Of a stretch of DNA of 64,000 nt, positions 61,528 to 64,000 are shown piece after piece. The notes under the pieces were generated by a model that was not told the origin of the DNA, made no database searches, and saw only the letters and a list, made by a program, of their open reading frames with translations. Within the stretch, counting starts at the first letter, position 1, and every line of letters begins with the position of its first letter. A program made the position numbers and the translations under genes. Source of the DNA: Azolla caroliniana (lineage: Eukaryota; Plantae; Polypodiophyta); NCBI GenBank assembly GCA_043228905.1, contig JBHGNT010000007.1, positions 1,922,001 to 1,986,000 of the forward strand, read 5' to 3'.

Positions 61528-63395
61528 TGTTGTGATGTGCCGTGCTCGAGAGTGGGAAAAACCGGCGAAAGGGGGGGGGTAATAAATGTGCATGTGCACA
61601 CAAAAGCGATTAGTTGTGCATATGCAAAATAAAAGGGAAAAGAAAGGGTGGAAAGGATGCATAGAAGCCCCTGGAAAAAGTAAGAGAGAAGAGAGATAAA
61701 ATGTAGAGGAGAGATAGGCTAAGAATTTATAGAGATAGAATTATATTTTACATAAAAGAGAGTTAGTGGGCTAGTGGATAGTCACATTGACTACCAGCTA
61801 GAGGTGCACGGTTCAAATCTAGTCTTACAATGCAATGATTTTATTCCTTTTTCATTGAAGACAAAATTGGCGACCCCCCCTTCTTTTTTTCCTATAAAAG
61901 GAGGTCGAGGGGGGCTCATTCGGGAGGACGTTTTGGGAGGAGGAGACTATCGCCAATTTTCTTTCGGAGCTCTTCATCTTCTTATTCACCACTTCTCTTC
62001 ATCTCATACCCCTTCATCCCCCCATCGCCACGTGCTCGTCTTCTTCGTGTCGGCACTCAAAGTGCTCTTGAGCCCAAGCTTCGTTGGTTCGACGTTGCTC
62101 CGCCCTGTTCATCGTTGCGAGCCCATGTGCTCGCCGTTCGGGTGGTCGTGGTTCGTTGGGATTGGCATTTTGGTGGTGCTCGTGTGTTCATCTTCGCCGT
62201 GTTCGGATTTGCTCTTGTCTCTAAGGGCATTTAGTATTTATGTTTTGATTGAGCTTGTGGTTAACTATAAGTTGCCATTGTAATCAAACCCTACTTTATA
62301 AAGGGTCCTCTTGCGTTGGAATCGAACACGTTTTTTATCTCTTTGGTCGATATCATTCGTGTTTCTTTCTCTCCGTCTTTTTGTGTTTGTGTCTTCCTTG
62401 TACGTTCGGTCGTCTTGTGACGAGGGAGCGTTTCGGGCTTGCCCATGCACCTCTCCTCCTCATAAAGGCGTACGAGCATTTTGTGCGTGTGTCTGTGTCT
62501 TCCTTGTACGTTCGGTCGTCTCGTGACAAGGGAGCATTCGGGCTTGCGCATGCACCTCTCCTCCTCATAAAGGCGTACGAGCATTTTGTGTGTGTGTTTG
62601 TGTCTTCCTTGTACGTTCGGCCGTCTTGTGACGAGGGAGCGTTTCGGGCGTGCCCATGCACCTCTCCTCCTCATAAAGGCGTACGAGCATTTTGTGCGTG
62701 TGTCTGTGTCTTCCTTGTACGTTCGGTCGTCTCGTGACGAGGGACCATTTCAGGCTTGCCCATGCACCTCTCCTCCTCATAAAGGTGTACGAGCATTTTG
62801 TGCGTGTGTTTTGTGTCTTCCTTGTACGTTCGGTCGTCTCGTGACGAGGGAGCATTCGGGCTTGCCCATGCACCTCTCCTCCTCATAAAGGCGTACGAGC
62901 ATTTGTGCGTGTGTTTGTGTCTTCCTCGTACGTTCGGCCATCTTGTGACGAGGGAGCGTTCCGGGCGTGCCCATGCACCTCTCCTCCTCATAAAGGCGTA
63001 CGAGCATTTTGTGCGTGTGTTTTGTGTCTTCCTCGTACGTTCGACGTCTTGTGACGAGGGATCGTTCGGGCGTGCATGCACCTCTCCTCCTCATAAAGAC
63101 GTACGACATTTGTGTTTGTGTTATCGTCCCCTTGTGCGTTCATCTTGCGTGCTCATCTTGCTTGTACTCGTTTGGTCACTTGGCTCGTGCGGTGATCTCG
63201 AAAGGTCGATGAGTCGTGATCAACGAGAGCCACCGGCCTCACAAAACAAAGGGCAACGAGAACTTTCTCGGGGAGGGGTCGGGAAGTAGTATTGTCGTAA
63301 AGCAAACCTCGGGTCTTCTCTATCCCTTGAGTACTCCCTAGTCCAAGACCCCCTGTGGTCCCGCCCAAGTAACACGCGCGCGAAACTTCGCAACA
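61528..63395 (+). mobile_element. E: long solo LTR (1868 bp) related to the D family
   Basis: Termini TGTTGTGA...TCGCAACA, flanked by GTGGCGG on both sides. CTATAAAAGGAG TATA region at about 61892. Its 3' block TAGTCCAAGACCCC..GTGGTCCCGCCC is shared with D1. Confidence 0.85.
62383..63121. repeat. Tandem array, 7 copies of ~106 bp, inside LTR E
   Basis: TCTTCCT(T/C)GTACGTTCG recurs at 62392, 62498, 62603, 62709, 62816, 62920 and 63027. Confidence 0.95.
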
Positions 63396-63439
63396 GTGGC
63401 GGCGTGGGTTTGCTGGGCTGTGGTGCGGGCAGACCACGG

Positions 63440-64000
63440 TGTCGTGAAGATTTTCGTCCATAGGCGGAAAACCGAGCGAAACAAGCAAACCCGCGATGTG
63501 CAACGTTGCACATCAACATGTTGTATTTCTATTTATCGATAGTGATAAGTATGGTGCTAGAAATGCACCTTAGGATTTGTAAAGTGTAAAGGTGATGTGC
63601 TTTTGCGCGCACATCCACGTGAGAGAGAGAGATAGGTACATAGTAGTTCGTGTAGAAGTGGGAGTTAAGACCCATCCTTCCCACCTCCCCTAAAATCAAG
63701 GGAAATATCCCCATTGATTGAAAGGGGATATTTTGTAGCACCCTTTTATGTAACGGTCTTCCCTCCTTGTGCTATAAAGGGAGAGGAAGAGCACCATTGT
63801 GGGGGTTGCCTTATTTTTGAGTGTGAGTGAGGTATACCATTTCGTTTTAGGGTTAGGGTTTCGTTTAGGGTTCCTTAGTTAGGGTTTCTTGTGTCGTTTG
63901 GTGCGGCCTACGCGGCCGCCATTTTGTAATCGGTTTTCGGTTCTAATATATCTTGTTGAGCATTTGGCCTCCATCTTCCTCTTGTTCATTCTTTCTCTTC
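63440..64000 (+). mobile_element. D2: LTR of the same family as D1, runs off the window
   Basis: Starts TGTCGTGAAGATTTTCGTCC, as D1 does, and aligns by eye with D1 through to the window end. Confidence 0.9.

Larger units (their letters stand above)
59392..63439 (-). pseudogene. Long coiled-coil-like ORF of element C (more than 700 codons, interrupted by LTR E, 5' end cut by D2)
   Basis: Track ORFs 59392, 60049, 60376 and 61351 share one frame, separated only by single stops. The frame continues across the empty site of E (GLPAPQPSKPTPP|RSAKRRLAELVT). The centre is rich in A/E/K/Q/R, as in coiled coils. Confidence 0.75.
53258..64000 (-). mobile_element. Element C: minus-strand LTR retrotransposon, 3' part only; 3' LTR = 59380-58905 plus 53270-53258 (about 489 bp, split by B)
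   Basis: On the - strand a PPT (GGAGGAAGAATAAAGGGATGGG, about 59404-59383) is followed by TGACG...GTAACA termini with a TATATAAA box near 59240. A long sense ORF runs into the PPT. Superfamily not determinable because pol is outside the window. Confidence 0.7.

Noticed and set aside
62383-63121. CRISPR-like array
   Set aside because: Units repeat end to end with no unique spacers, there are no cas genes, and the context is a eukaryotic LTR.
62383-63121. Hammerhead ribozyme / retrozyme: - strand GGGCAAGCCC hairpin followed by GAAAC
   Set aside because: The CUGANGA core required before stem II is absent (GGTGCAT instead).
63270-63395. PPT plus a short second LTR (TRIM structure)
   Set aside because: No matching copy at the left end of E; the segment corresponds to the U5 end of D1.
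63396-63410. TGGCGGCGTGGG as a primer-binding site after LTR E
   Set aside because: It is the duplicated target plus host ORF sequence; the host frame is restored across the empty site.

Overview
Land-plant nuclear DNA. A fern or other large-genome non-flowering plant is my guess from composition only; the taxon cannot be fixed from the sequence. Positions 1-45 kb hold five protein genes: a spliced twin-Cx9C DUF3128/Emi1-like gene that the ORF track misses (- strand), an intronless VQ-motif gene (+), ORMDL (-), intronless SF1 (-) and CRR6 (-). The same region has two tRNA genes (Val-TAC inside the DUF3128 intron, and Leu-CAA), LINE remnants, a hAT-type MITE and many local duplications. From about 49.5 kb to the end is a nest of six LTR insertions. 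A decayed copia (A) carries a solo LTR (D1) and a minus-strand element (C). Element C in turn carries a young full-length copia (B, TSD ATTAG), a 1.9-kb solo LTR (E) and a second D-family LTR (D2). The most unusual signals are: a tRNA-like A/B-box module and a 7x106-bp array inside LTR E; apparent CpG-centred 4-bp targets for the D/E family; a >700-codon coiled-coil-like ORF ending in the PPT of element C; and a pol C-terminal extension between two identical PPT motifs in B. No database searches were run; family calls come from recognised motifs.
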